From an uncultured Candidatus Saccharibacteria bacterium (lineage in GTDB: Bacteria; Patescibacteriota; Saccharimonadia; Saccharimonadales; JALRHH01): DNA of 64,000 nt. The notes beneath the pieces are model-generated. The model worked only from the letters and a program-made list of their open reading frames with translations. It was not told the DNA's origin and did not search any database. Shown in pieces: positions 29,137 to 38,036 of this stretch (positions are counted from its first letter, which is position 1; every line of letters starts with the position of its first letter). The DNA is taken from positions 489-64,488 of the forward strand of contig CAZXBL010000001.1 of assembly GCA_964638875.1 (NCBI GenBank), read 5' to 3'. The translations under genes and the position numbers were made by a program.

Positions 29137-29171
29137 AATAGAATAGCGCTCGTGATGAGCGCTATTCTATT
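29137..29171. terminator. Perfect 15-bp hairpin between convergent genes
   Basis: AATAGAATAGCGCTC-GTGAT-GAGCGCTATTCTATT. Confidence 0.8.
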
Positions 29172-29173
29172 GC

Positions 29174-29353
29174 CTACCAGCCAAAGGCTTGGGCGAGGAT
29201 CCAGATTGATCCGGCTGTTGCCAGAAAGAACAATCCTAGGCCAACTGGTGAACCCCAGCTGAACCATGAGCCCCACGAGCGCCAGTGCTTGAGGTGATCC
29301 TCGTAGTTCCAGCCGTGCTGGTCTTGAATTTCCTCTTTTGTCATTTTTGACAT
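29174..29353 (-). CDS. Small Trp-rich membrane protein (59 aa)
   Basis: AGGAG SD before MSKMTK; WGSWFSWGSPVGLGLFF plus C-terminal TM. Confidence 0.7.
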   Translation of the reverse strand: MSKMTKEEIQDQHGWNYEDHLKHWRSWGSWFSWGSPVGLGLFFLATAGSIWILAQAFGW

Positions 29354-29485
29354 AAGATGACTCCTACTTAAATTTGTAAAGAGCCGTTGGTCGTAGCATG
29401 TGTGTCTGGATATGTTGTTCGCATGAACGGTACTGCGCATATCCGCTGCTGACGCTACGTTATCTATATTTAACTATAAAGTGGG

Positions 29486-30151
29486 CTATTGTCCAAGGAT
29501 GCTGACAGAGCGGGCGATTATGAGCGCCACGATTGATACAGAAACAAGTGCCTGGATACCCATGAGTAGCTTCGCCTGGTATGAGAGTGGGCGGGCATCG
29601 GCGGGCGCAAAATTAATCGCATTAGTTATAGAGAGGTATAGGTAGTCTGGGAAAGCGGGCTGCCAGCCCTTAAATCCCTGGCTAAGATCTTGCTGCGTAA
29701 ATTGAAAGTCTTTATCATGTTTGGACCACTTTTTACCAGATAAGCCGGGGCTGTCAATCTCCCAGTACCATAGCGCGAACACAATGACGTTAGTCAAGAA
29801 AATAGCAATTGCCGAGGCAAGTAGATTGTACCCATCAATAAGGTTGCTTTCAGTAATGAGCAGACGCAGTACGATGATCACAGAACTGATGTTCTCTACA
29901 GAGATAAGGCCCAGCATTACAAACGAGAGTGTACGATACAATGATCGCTTTAATGCTTCGGGGTGGCGAGCGCTCAGTCCTAGAAGAGTCACCAACACAA
30001 GCTCACTAATAATAATAAGTGGGTGTGGCCCATAGGATAAGTCGCCACTGGTAACCCATGTACTTACCTGTAATGCAATCGCGACATACAGTACAAATTG
30101 AGCAAGAAATAGCTCGCCTCTTGAAACATGGGGAAGTTTTGAAGTAAACAT
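29486..30151 (-). CDS. DUF1345-like membrane protein
   Basis: TNVIVFALWYWEID, DFQFTQ, WQPAF.DYLYLS..NAINFAPAD. Confidence 0.82.
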   Translation of the reverse strand: MFTSKLPHVSRGELFLAQFVLYVAIALQVSTWVTSGDLSYGPHPLIIISELVLVTLLGLSARHPEALKRSLYRTLSFVMLGLISVENISSVIIVLRLLITESNLIDGYNLLASAIAIFLTNVIVFALWYWEIDSPGLSGKKWSKHDKDFQFTQQDLSQGFKGWQPAFPDYLYLSITNAINFAPADARPLSYQAKLLMGIQALVSVSIVALIIARSVSILGQ

Positions 30152-30167
30152 TACCGTAATAATAGCG

Positions 30168-30797
30168 CTACAACGGTTCGTTGTCGAGGCTACGCCAGAG
30201 GTACCAGCTGGCAACAGATTGGTAGGGCGTCCAGCCATTTGTTAACGCTAGCTCGTGCATTTCAGGTGGCTTTGGGAGGTCTGGAAGATCATAGAGTTGC
30301 ATCATTGCTTTTCTGATCCCTAAATCACCGGTTGGCAAGATGTCTAATCTGCCAAGTGAAAACATCATGAACATATGGGCAGACCACTCGCCGATACCTT
30401 TGACTGCCACAAGCTGCTCAATAACAGTAGGGTTGGGCAAAGTAGCAATATCGTCGAGGTCTAATCTGCCATCGATAATGTGCTTTGCAAGATCTTTGAT
30501 GTAGCTTGCCTTGGGATAACTACAGCCAATTTTTCGCAAGGCCTCTGTTTCTGTTACTAGAATCTGTGCTGGTGTCGGCATGGAACCACCAAATAGGTCG
30601 AGAAATCTTTGGTAAATTGTTGCAGCCGCTTTCACTGACAACTGCTGCCCGATGATTGATCTAACAAGCTGTCGATAGTAATCAGTGTGGGGCGTAAGCT
30701 GACACGGTCCATGCGTGCTTACGAGGGTTGCCAATACTGGGTCGGCAGAACTGAGTTTACGCTCTGCTTCCGAAAGGGTACTTCGCCAGTTACTCAT
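30168..30797 (-). CDS. alkA: DNA-3-methyladenine glycosylase II (HhH-GPD)
   Basis: IIGQQLSVKAA, VKGIGEWSA, DILPTGDLGIR, WYLWR; start MSNW 7 nt after TACACT. Confidence 0.9.
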   Translation of the reverse strand: MSNWRSTLSEAERKLSSADPVLATLVSTHGPCQLTPHTDYYRQLVRSIIGQQLSVKAAATIYQRFLDLFGGSMPTPAQILVTETEALRKIGCSYPKASYIKDLAKHIIDGRLDLDDIATLPNPTVIEQLVAVKGIGEWSAHMFMMFSLGRLDILPTGDLGIRKAMMQLYDLPDLPKPPEMHELALTNGWTPYQSVASWYLWRSLDNEPL

Positions 30798-30852
30798 ATC
30801 ATTTAGTGTATGCCATTTTGACATGAGTTCTAAACCTGAGATACTTTTAGGT

Positions 30853-31266
30853 ATGCAAAATCAACTGACGCCGAGTCAATCTAACCTGCAACAATCTGGC
30901 AGTAACCTTCAGCAGAATAATGGTAATTTGCAGCAGAACAGTACCCCGACTACTTCATCAGACGTTTCTACTACATTGAGTCAGAATGCCCCAACTACAA
31001 GTCTGCAGGTGCAAGCTGCTAAAACGGACCCCACAGTACCTTCCCAAACCTACCTACCAGGTTCACCGGCAAGTGTCTGGGTTGTACCCATCGCATTTGC
31101 AGTTGCTGTCGTAGTGGCGATAGCTATTTGGTCACGTCTTCGTCTCGAAGAAGTAGTTGTTGAGGAAGAAGCCCCATTATTAGCCGAGCCTCCAAAGCCA
31201 AAAAACACCTCCAAGCCCAAAGCAGGTAAAAAAACTACTCGCCGCAAACGCCAGAACAAACGTTAA
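30853..31266 (+). CDS. Hypothetical single-TM protein with NLQQ heptad repeats and basic tail
   Basis: SNLQQSG-SNLQQNN-GNLQQNS; TM; KKTTRRKRQNKR. Confidence 0.65.
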   Translation: MQNQLTPSQSNLQQSGSNLQQNNGNLQQNSTPTTSSDVSTTLSQNAPTTSLQVQAAKTDPTVPSQTYLPGSPASVWVVPIAFAVAVVVAIAIWSRLRLEEVVVEEEAPLLAEPPKPKNTSKPKAGKKTTRRKRQNKR

Positions 31267-31328
31267 CAGTGCTAAACGTGATAAACTGAATACAAGTAGC
31301 ATAAGCGTTTATAACAGATACATAATTT

Positions 31329-33509
31329 ATGGCAAAAGAACGAAAACAAGACTTGGCTGGTCCTGAAGAAGAGTCACTTGAGCAACGCGTGGACGAGATG
31401 CTCGATATTAGTGTGCCGGACGAAAAACCAACTGTAGAAAGACCTGCTGCGAAATCAGTTTCAATTTCTATTACACATGCCGATGAACCTGCCCCTGAGA
31501 CAGACACGGCGTTAGCAGAGGCAATTGAAAAAACCAATGAGCAACTGGCTCAGGAAGTAGGAACCGCTCCACTAGTGGATGAACCGAAGCCAAAACAGGC
31601 CGCAAAAAAGGTAAATGTGGTTCATGACGAGCCAGAGGCGCCCGTACTAACCGAACCAGAAGTTGAGTCAGACTCAAGCTCTGAAGAACCAGCAGTTGAA
31701 GAGGCTGAAGCTCCCTCAGAAGACCAGCCGATAGCAGAAGAAAAGTCTGCCGAAATTGACTCAACTGCAACAGTCGGGGAATTAATGGAAACTACTTCAC
31801 CGCTAGAAGCAGAATTAGAGTCAGCTGAAACCGACCAAGCAGTATCCGATATTATTGCTAAAGAAAGCGATGAGTTGCTTTCCGTACAGGATGCATCTAT
31901 CCCGACACCACCAGTAAAAGCCAGTAAAAAGGACAAAAAAGGCACCCCAAGTTTATTTAGTCTGATTCTAAGGAGCCCATCTTTCCGTTGGACAATGTTC
32001 ATACTGATCGTAATTGGGTTAGTGGTAGCCGGGGCATACCCCAAGACTCGCTATTACGCGCTTAACAAGGCGGGTGTTCGTAGCAATGCATCAGTCACTA
32101 TTACCGATCAAAGTACCCTCAGACCACTCAAGAACGTTAAGGTTACTCTTGCAGGGCAAACAGTTATGTCAGATGAAAAAGGTAAAGCAAGTCTATCAAA
32201 GTTGGTTCTGGGGCCCACGGAGCTTGTCATTGAAAAACGGGCGTATGCCACCGAAAAACAAACGGTTACCGTTGGGTGGGGTAATAACCCTCTCACTGAC
32301 GTCACATTAAAACCTCAGGGAGCGCAGTATACATTCCAGGTTAACGACGTGTTCTCTGGCCTACCAATTGTTGAGGTAGAAGCAAGTGTCGGTGAACTAT
32401 CGGCAACAGCAAATGACAAAGGTGAGATCAAACTCGCCCTGGATCAAATAGAAAGTGACGAAGTGGACGTTGTATTCAAGGCGCAAGGCTACCGACAATT
32501 TACACACAAATTAATTCTTACGACCAAACAACCGACCACCATCACACTAACACCCTCAAAACAGCTCGCCTTCGTATCAAAGCGATCCGGTGTGTATGAT
32601 CTATATAAAATTGATGCTGACGGCAAGAACGAAGCATTGGTCCTTAAGGGAACTGGTAAGGAATCAGGTGATATTTCTCTCTTCCAGCATCCAGCTGGTG
32701 ATGCCGTGATTCTGCTGTCTACCCGTGAAGGAACATTTGGGGTTGATGGCGTGCTGAAACAAACATTGACGTATGTTAATCTCAAAAACAATTCAACAAG
32801 AGCAGTAACTACCTCCTCGCAAATCAAGGCAATTGATTGGGTTGGGACGCGGCTGGTATATGTTGTGCTTGATGATAACGCAGCCCAGGACAGCACCAGT
32901 CGGTACAAACTAATGAGTTACGACTATATATCGGGTGATAACCGTCAGCTCGCAGCCACTAACTACTTTAATAATGTTGTATCGATGGGCGGGCGTATTT
33001 ACTATGCGCCAGCTAGCGCTTATCAAAATGGCGTCAATGTAGGGGTCTTCGCGGCCCATGCTGACGGAAGTGGCAAAGAAGTCATCCTCGATAAAGAAGC
33101 TTGGAATATGTTCAGAACAAGTCGTGACACCATCACGATTGCAGTAGAGCAAGAATGGTACAGCTTTAAACAAGGCGCTTCTAAGCCTGAGAAACTATCT
33201 GGCCAGCCAAACGAAACAACCTCACGTCTATACGTAGACAGCCCTAATGCAAAACACAGCATTTGGATTGATAACCGAGACGGTAAGGGCACGTTAGTCC
33301 TATACAATGCGGACAAGAATGCTGAAGACGTAGTAGTCTCAGATAACGGTGTCGGCGGTCCAATTCGCTGGCTCAATAATTCAGTGTTTGTGTACAGGGT
33401 TTCAAATAGTCGTGAGACAGCCGATTACGTATTAAGTACGAATGGTGGATCACCAAAGAAAATTGTGGATGTCACCAATGCAAACGGTATCGATCGCTGG
33501 GCAAATTAG
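31329..33509 (+). CDS. Membrane-anchored protein: acidic disordered N-terminus, carboxypeptidase-regulatory-like domains, TolB-like propeller
   Basis: TM near aa 220; FVSKRSGVYDLYKIDADG; WIDNRDGK. Confidence 0.75.
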   Translation: MAKERKQDLAGPEEESLEQRVDEMLDISVPDEKPTVERPAAKSVSISITHADEPAPETDTALAEAIEKTNEQLAQEVGTAPLVDEPKPKQAAKKVNVVHDEPEAPVLTEPEVESDSSSEEPAVEEAEAPSEDQPIAEEKSAEIDSTATVGELMETTSPLEAELESAETDQAVSDIIAKESDELLSVQDASIPTPPVKASKKDKKGTPSLFSLILRSPSFRWTMFILIVIGLVVAGAYPKTRYYALNKAGVRSNASVTITDQSTLRPLKNVKVTLAGQTVMSDEKGKASLSKLVLGPTELVIEKRAYATEKQTVTVGWGNNPLTDVTLKPQGAQYTFQVNDVFSGLPIVEVEASVGELSATANDKGEIKLALDQIESDEVDVVFKAQGYRQFTHKLILTTKQPTTITLTPSKQLAFVSKRSGVYDLYKIDADGKNEALVLKGTGKESGDISLFQHPAGDAVILLSTREGTFGVDGVLKQTLTYVNLKNNSTRAVTTSSQIKAIDWVGTRLVYVVLDDNAAQDSTSRYKLMSYDYISGDNRQLAATNYFNNVVSMGGRIYYAPASAYQNGVNVGVFAAHADGSGKEVILDKEAWNMFRTSRDTITIAVEQEWYSFKQGASKPEKLSGQPNETTSRLYVDSPNAKHSIWIDNRDGKGTLVLYNADKNAEDVVVSDNGVGGPIRWLNNSVFVYRVSNSRETADYVLSTNGGSPKKIVDVTNANGIDRWAN

Positions 33510-33526
33510 CATAAAATAAAGGCTAC

Positions 33527-34435
33527 ATGACGCACAATTATTTAGATTTCCAGGAAACAGTCTGGGATTATTATCGTCTGCATGGTCGTGACCTGCCGTG
33601 GAGACGTTCGGTCGATCCATACAAAATTCTGGTGAGTGAGGTTATGTTACAGCAGACACAAGCCTCACGTGTTATCCCAAAGTACGAACAGTTCTTGAAA
33701 CTTTTCCCGGATGTATTAGCTCTCGCCAAAGTGCCACAGCAGGAAGTACTCATTGCCTGGAGTGGGCTCGGCTATAATCGCCGAGCTCGGTTTTTGCACC
33801 AAGCAGCTCAGGCAGTCGCTGAAAAACACGGTGGTCATGTGCCGCAATCTGAAAAAGAGTTGGTTGCTTTGCCAGGTATTGGCATAAATACTGCCCGGGC
33901 AGTACTGGCGTATGCTTTCAACCAGCCTGTGGTGTTTATCGAAACTAATATTCGCACTGTTTTTATCTACCACTTTTTTGCTGACAAAGACAATGTTGCT
34001 GACAGTGAAATTCTTAAGTTAGTGGAGATGACTTTACCCCAGGGGGAGGGAAAAGAGCAGCCCGACAAAAAGTCACGCCTTTTTGCCGGCGCGATGAGAA
34101 AAACCGGGGCCCCCGCAAAACCTGTTTTGTGGGGTGATAGTACCGTAGGTTTGTCTCATAATCGCGAATGGTACTGGGCACTCATGGATTACGGCAGCCA
34201 CCTGAAAGCCACCATAGGCAACGTGTCCAGGCACAGCAAACATTACGCTAAACAGTCAGCTTTTCATGGGTCAAAGCGTCAAATCCGGGGAGCGGTCCTG
34301 AAGTTGCTATTAGACGCTCCAAAATCACAAATGGAGCTTGCAGCAGAGATTAATGACGATCGGCTGGAAGCTGTCCTACAAGATTTAATAAAAGAGGCAC
34401 TCATTACCTTAAAAAATGATCAATTCAGTCTGTAG
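33527..34435 (+). CDS. mutY: A/G-specific adenine glycosylase (short, no FeS cluster) with in-frame palindromic insertion
   Basis: RDLPWR, ILVSEVMLQQTQ, WSGLGYNRRA, LPGIG..TA, WALMDYG. Confidence 0.9.
   Translation: MTHNYLDFQETVWDYYRLHGRDLPWRRSVDPYKILVSEVMLQQTQASRVIPKYEQFLKLFPDVLALAKVPQQEVLIAWSGLGYNRRARFLHQAAQAVAEKHGGHVPQSEKELVALPGIGINTARAVLAYAFNQPVVFIETNIRTVFIYHFFADKDNVADSEILKLVEMTLPQGEGKEQPDKKSRLFAGAMRKTGAPAKPVLWGDSTVGLSHNREWYWALMDYGSHLKATIGNVSRHSKHYAKQSAFHGSKRQIRGAVLKLLLDAPKSQMELAAEINDDRLEAVLQDLIKEALITLKNDQFSL
34048..34159 (+). repeat. Modular palindromic element, copy 1, in-frame within mutY
   Basis: Shares GGGAA..GAGCAGC, AAGTCACGCCTTTTTGYCGGCGCGA (24/25) and TGAGAAA..CC/GG..TGTCTCAT with the reverse complement of 44322-44430. 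Confidence 0.85.
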
Positions 34436-34485
34436 ATCGGCATCCCGCTTGTGTTAGAATAAGCCTAAAGTAACAAGAGGAATTT

Positions 34486-35127
34486 ATGAAACGAAACTAC
34501 CTAATCAGTTTTGCGGTGATAGTGACAGCTGCTGCACTTCTGATAGCTACATTGCCTGCTCGGGCTCACACAGATGGCGAAGCACATACACATACAGAAA
34601 CAACTACAACGGAAACAGTAAGCCCAGAAAAACAACGAACAGAACGTGTTGAAAAACGCAAAGCTGAGGTTAAAACTGCACTGACGACAGTACAGCAGAA
34701 GCGCGTTCAGACCCGTTGTAAAGGTGCGCAGACGCTACTAGCGATTAATGCAGAAAAAGCTGCCAAGATTCAAACAAACCGGGATAAAATTCATACTGAT
34801 ATCTTAGATAAGCTAACAAAACTTGAGGTAAAGCTGGCAACAGGCGGAGTTGATACGACTACCTTCAAAGAACAGATCGCAAGTCTGAAAACTAAAGTCG
34901 AGACTTTCAAGACAGATAGCGCTGCATATCTCCAGACAGTTCAGGACACGGCTGCGCTCGATTGCCAGGCTGACCCAGTTGGCTTCAAGGCTTCCCTTGA
35001 AGCTTCCCGCGCTGCCCTAAAAAAACTTCAGACTGACGCCGTAGCAATACGTACGACTCTTGCTCAGGAAATAAAGCCACGACTTGCAGCTGCAAAGGCA
35101 CAACTCGAAACTAAGAAGGCAGAATAA
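34486..35127 (+). CDS. Secreted coiled-coil hypothetical protein
   Basis: Signal peptide ending ARA/H; helical; two Cys. Confidence 0.75.
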   Translation: MKRNYLISFAVIVTAAALLIATLPARAHTDGEAHTHTETTTTETVSPEKQRTERVEKRKAEVKTALTTVQQKRVQTRCKGAQTLLAINAEKAAKIQTNRDKIHTDILDKLTKLEVKLATGGVDTTTFKEQIASLKTKVETFKTDSAAYLQTVQDTAALDCQADPVGFKASLEASRAALKKLQTDAVAIRTTLAQEIKPRLAAAKAQLETKKAE

Positions 35128-35128
35128 T

Positions 35129-35626
35129 ATGGAAGACATCAAACAACCTCATCAGCAAACCCAACCACCTGTAATGGATATCCAACCGCCTCAGGTCGCG
35201 CCAAATGAGCAGCCTGTATCAGCTCCCACGCCTGCGGCCCCACCTGTGCCAGAAGAGCCGGCACCAGCATCTGCCCAATCCACAGAAACAGCAGCAGCTG
35301 GCGAGACACCTGCGCAGGCCACACCAGCACTTGCTGCGGTGGCCTCAGCACACAAACCACGCCGAATGCCTATGATCGCAATAGTGTGCGCAGTTCTTTT
35401 TACCGGGATCTTTGCAGCAGTAGCAGTGGTAGCATACATGTCAAAATCCAATGTAAAGACAACTGATTCATCTCAGCAACCAGCTACTAATGCCACAAGT
35501 GAGCCCCCAGCAACTGCAGCGGATGTGACCGATACCGACAAGGCAATCGATGATAGTATGTCGAGCGTTGATGATGCAGCTGACTATAACGATGCTGGTG
35601 TAAGTGACACAACCCTCGGTCTGTAG
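35129..35626 (+). CDS. Pro/Ala-rich single-TM hypothetical protein
   Basis: Low-complexity N-terminus, TM, C-terminal SDTTLGL. Confidence 0.7.
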   Translation: MEDIKQPHQQTQPPVMDIQPPQVAPNEQPVSAPTPAAPPVPEEPAPASAQSTETAAAGETPAQATPALAAVASAHKPRRMPMIAIVCAVLFTGIFAAVAVVAYMSKSNVKTTDSSQQPATNATSEPPATAADVTDTDKAIDDSMSSVDDAADYNDAGVSDTTLGL

Positions 35627-35644
35627 CATAATAGTCATCTAGAT

Positions 35645-36226
35645 ATGACAAACGGATCTCAAATAATAGATCAAATTAAAGACGGCGCCGTTGGGATAGC
35701 ACCAACTGACACTTTATACGGCATTGTCTGTAGTGCCGGAGACCAACCAGCTGTCGAAAGACTTTATGCGCTGAAGTCACGTGAAGCAAAACCAGGCACT
35801 CTTGTCGCGGCTTCCATTGATCAACTAGTAGGCCTTGGTATACCTAGGCGCTATCTTACGGCCGTGGAGCAGTATTGGCCAGGCGCGATCAGTATTGTTA
35901 TCCCAGTGGGCTTCGCGTTAGGGTATTTGCACCAGGGCAAGGGATCGCTGGCTATCCGTATCCCTGCAGAGGAATCATTCCGCGAATTTTTGCACCAGTC
36001 AGGCCCATTATTAACTACAAGTGCCAATATGCCCGGAGAAACTCCAGCACATACCATCCAAGAGGCCAAGGACTATTTTGGTGAGTCAGTGGACTTCTAT
36101 CTGGATGGTGGTGATTTGTCGGGACGGGAGCCATCTACAATTATTAGGATAATTGACGATGCAGTAGAAGTTATCAGGGAGGGCGCAGTTAAAATAGACG
36201 AATCAGGCGCGATCGATAACGGTTAA
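35645..36226 (+). CDS. tsaC: L-threonylcarbamoyladenylate synthase (TsaC/Sua5)
   Basis: PTDTLYG, YALKSR..KP, WPG, TTSANMPG, PSTII, IREGA. Confidence 0.93.
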   Translation: MTNGSQIIDQIKDGAVGIAPTDTLYGIVCSAGDQPAVERLYALKSREAKPGTLVAASIDQLVGLGIPRRYLTAVEQYWPGAISIVIPVGFALGYLHQGKGSLAIRIPAEESFREFLHQSGPLLTTSANMPGETPAHTIQEAKDYFGESVDFYLDGGDLSGREPSTIIRIIDDAVEVIREGAVKIDESGAIDNG

Positions 36227-36265
36227 CGACTTGATCGGACTCTTATCAGTCCGTATGATAAGGCT

Positions 36266-36628
36266 ATGGGAAAAATTCTAGTCGTTGATGACGACAATAT
36301 AATGCGCGCCGGTGTCGCCGCGATGCTCAAGAATGCAAACCAAGATGTTCTTGAAGCCAGTGATGGCGATGCAGGGCTTGCGGCTGCGATTAAGGAAAAA
36401 CCAGATCTAATTGTGACTGACATTCGTATGCCGCATATGTCTGGGCTCGAGATGCTTGAGGAGCTCCGAAAAGATGAGTGGGGCAAGACAGTCCCTGTGA
36501 TCATTCTGACGGGTGACGAATCAAACGAAACCATTAACCAAGCTTTAGAATCTGGTATAACCAGTTACTTCGCTAAAAGTTCTGACCCGGCTACACTGCA
36601 GCAGCAGATTCTTGCACAGATAGGCTAA
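36266..36628 (+). CDS. Single-domain response regulator (CheY-like)
   Basis: ILVVDDD, PDLIVTDIRMP.MSG, ILTG, YFAK. Confidence 0.93.
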   Translation: MGKILVVDDDNIMRAGVAAMLKNANQDVLEASDGDAGLAAAIKEKPDLIVTDIRMPHMSGLEMLEELRKDEWGKTVPVIILTGDESNETINQALESGITSYFAKSSDPATLQQQILAQIG

Positions 36629-37991
36629 CAGGTGCCTTCACCGGTAGGGCGATGTACACGGTCGTACCTTTTCCCTGAAGGGAGCTGAGCCACATTCTGC
36701 CCCCATGTGCTTCAACAGTCATGCGGGTGGTCCACAGACCTAAGCCAGTGCCGTTAGCATGTACCGAGGTGGCATTGGTTGCTCTATAGTAACCTCCCAG
36801 AACCTTTTCTTGCTCATCGTGGGGGATGCCGATGCCATGGTCCTGTACGGCAATGATGTGTTCATGGCTGTCATCCAGCCGATACAGTAATTTTATTACA
36901 CTTTCCTCGCTACTGTATTTGATAGCATTTGCAAGAATGTTCATAAATGCCCGCTTCAGTGCCTCCACATCACCTACGGTGTATATCTGGGTGGGCCACT
37001 TTCCCACCTTTTCAATCGTGATACTCTTTTCTTTAGCCCCAAGTACTAACGTAGAGGTAACCTGGCTAATAATAGTAACGATATCAACACTGTCCTTATG
37101 TAGTTTTTTAGCTTGGCCGCGTTCAAATATAGAGCTGTCGAGAATCTCGTTCACGGTCGCTAATGATGCCTCAGTACTCCGGTACATGTCATCGAGTAAA
37201 TCTTTTTGGGTATTAGACGCCTTTTTGTTACCTTGCTGCAACGATTGAATGCCCCACAACATGCCAGTTAGCGGAGAACGAAGTTCATGCGAAGCAATCG
37301 AGATAAATTGATTTTTAAGATGCAGAATTTCGTGTTCTTTCGCCTGAATTTTTATGTCCCGCAAAATCCCAGCAAAAGGTATTGCTGCTAATAGCAGTGG
37401 CACAAGTGCGTACAAAGCAATCTCCAGGTAGTATGTGTTAGCTGGCGCAAATACACCTACAGCTGCGACAACATTGCCATCATTATCACGTACTGGCGCA
37501 AAGCCAGCTACCCAATGTTCTGAGTAGTCGGCGACCCAGGGATCGAAGCTTGGTGTGCCATCCAACAATGCGGAACGTAGTTGGTTAGACGGATGAGGGA
37601 CTGCCAAACCTGGCTGACCATAGAAACTGCTGCCTTCCGGTTGCGCGTCAATATTAATGGAAACCTGTTGGTTTGCAATCTTGAAGGCACGGATGTAAGA
37701 GATGTCGAGGTTGCTGCTCCTGACCTGATCAAGCTGCTGTTTCGCCCGGGAGTATGCAAGTGTCGTTAAGTCATCTTCGCTGCCTTTGAGGTTTGCTAAG
37801 TCGTCAGCGGACAGGCTATCCGCAATGGTCTGAGCTCGACCAACCAGATACTGACTTTTATCTGACTGGTTTGTAGCAGCTGCAAATAAACCACTGAAAA
37901 TCCCGGCACCAATAATAAGCACTGCAACAATGGTAGTGAAACGCTTTGGACGAAAAATCGGAGCTAGCTTCCCACGTTTAAGATGATCCAT
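36591..37991 (-). CDS. Membrane sensor histidine kinase
   Basis: Two TMs, ASHELRSPLT, NAIKYS, DHGIGIP, GTGLGL. Confidence 0.93.
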   Translation of the reverse strand: MDHLKRGKLAPIFRPKRFTTIVAVLIIGAGIFSGLFAAATNQSDKSQYLVGRAQTIADSLSADDLANLKGSEDDLTTLAYSRAKQQLDQVRSSNLDISYIRAFKIANQQVSINIDAQPEGSSFYGQPGLAVPHPSNQLRSALLDGTPSFDPWVADYSEHWVAGFAPVRDNDGNVVAAVGVFAPANTYYLEIALYALVPLLLAAIPFAGILRDIKIQAKEHEILHLKNQFISIASHELRSPLTGMLWGIQSLQQGNKKASNTQKDLLDDMYRSTEASLATVNEILDSSIFERGQAKKLHKDSVDIVTIISQVTSTLVLGAKEKSITIEKVGKWPTQIYTVGDVEALKRAFMNILANAIKYSSEESVIKLLYRLDDSHEHIIAVQDHGIGIPHDEQEKVLGGYYRATNATSVHANGTGLGLWTTRMTVEAHGGRMWLSSLQGKGTTVYIALPVKAPVSLSVQESAAAV

Positions 37992-38036
37992 GCTCCATTC
38001 AATATAGCATAAGAGTATTAGATATACAGGGGTGAA

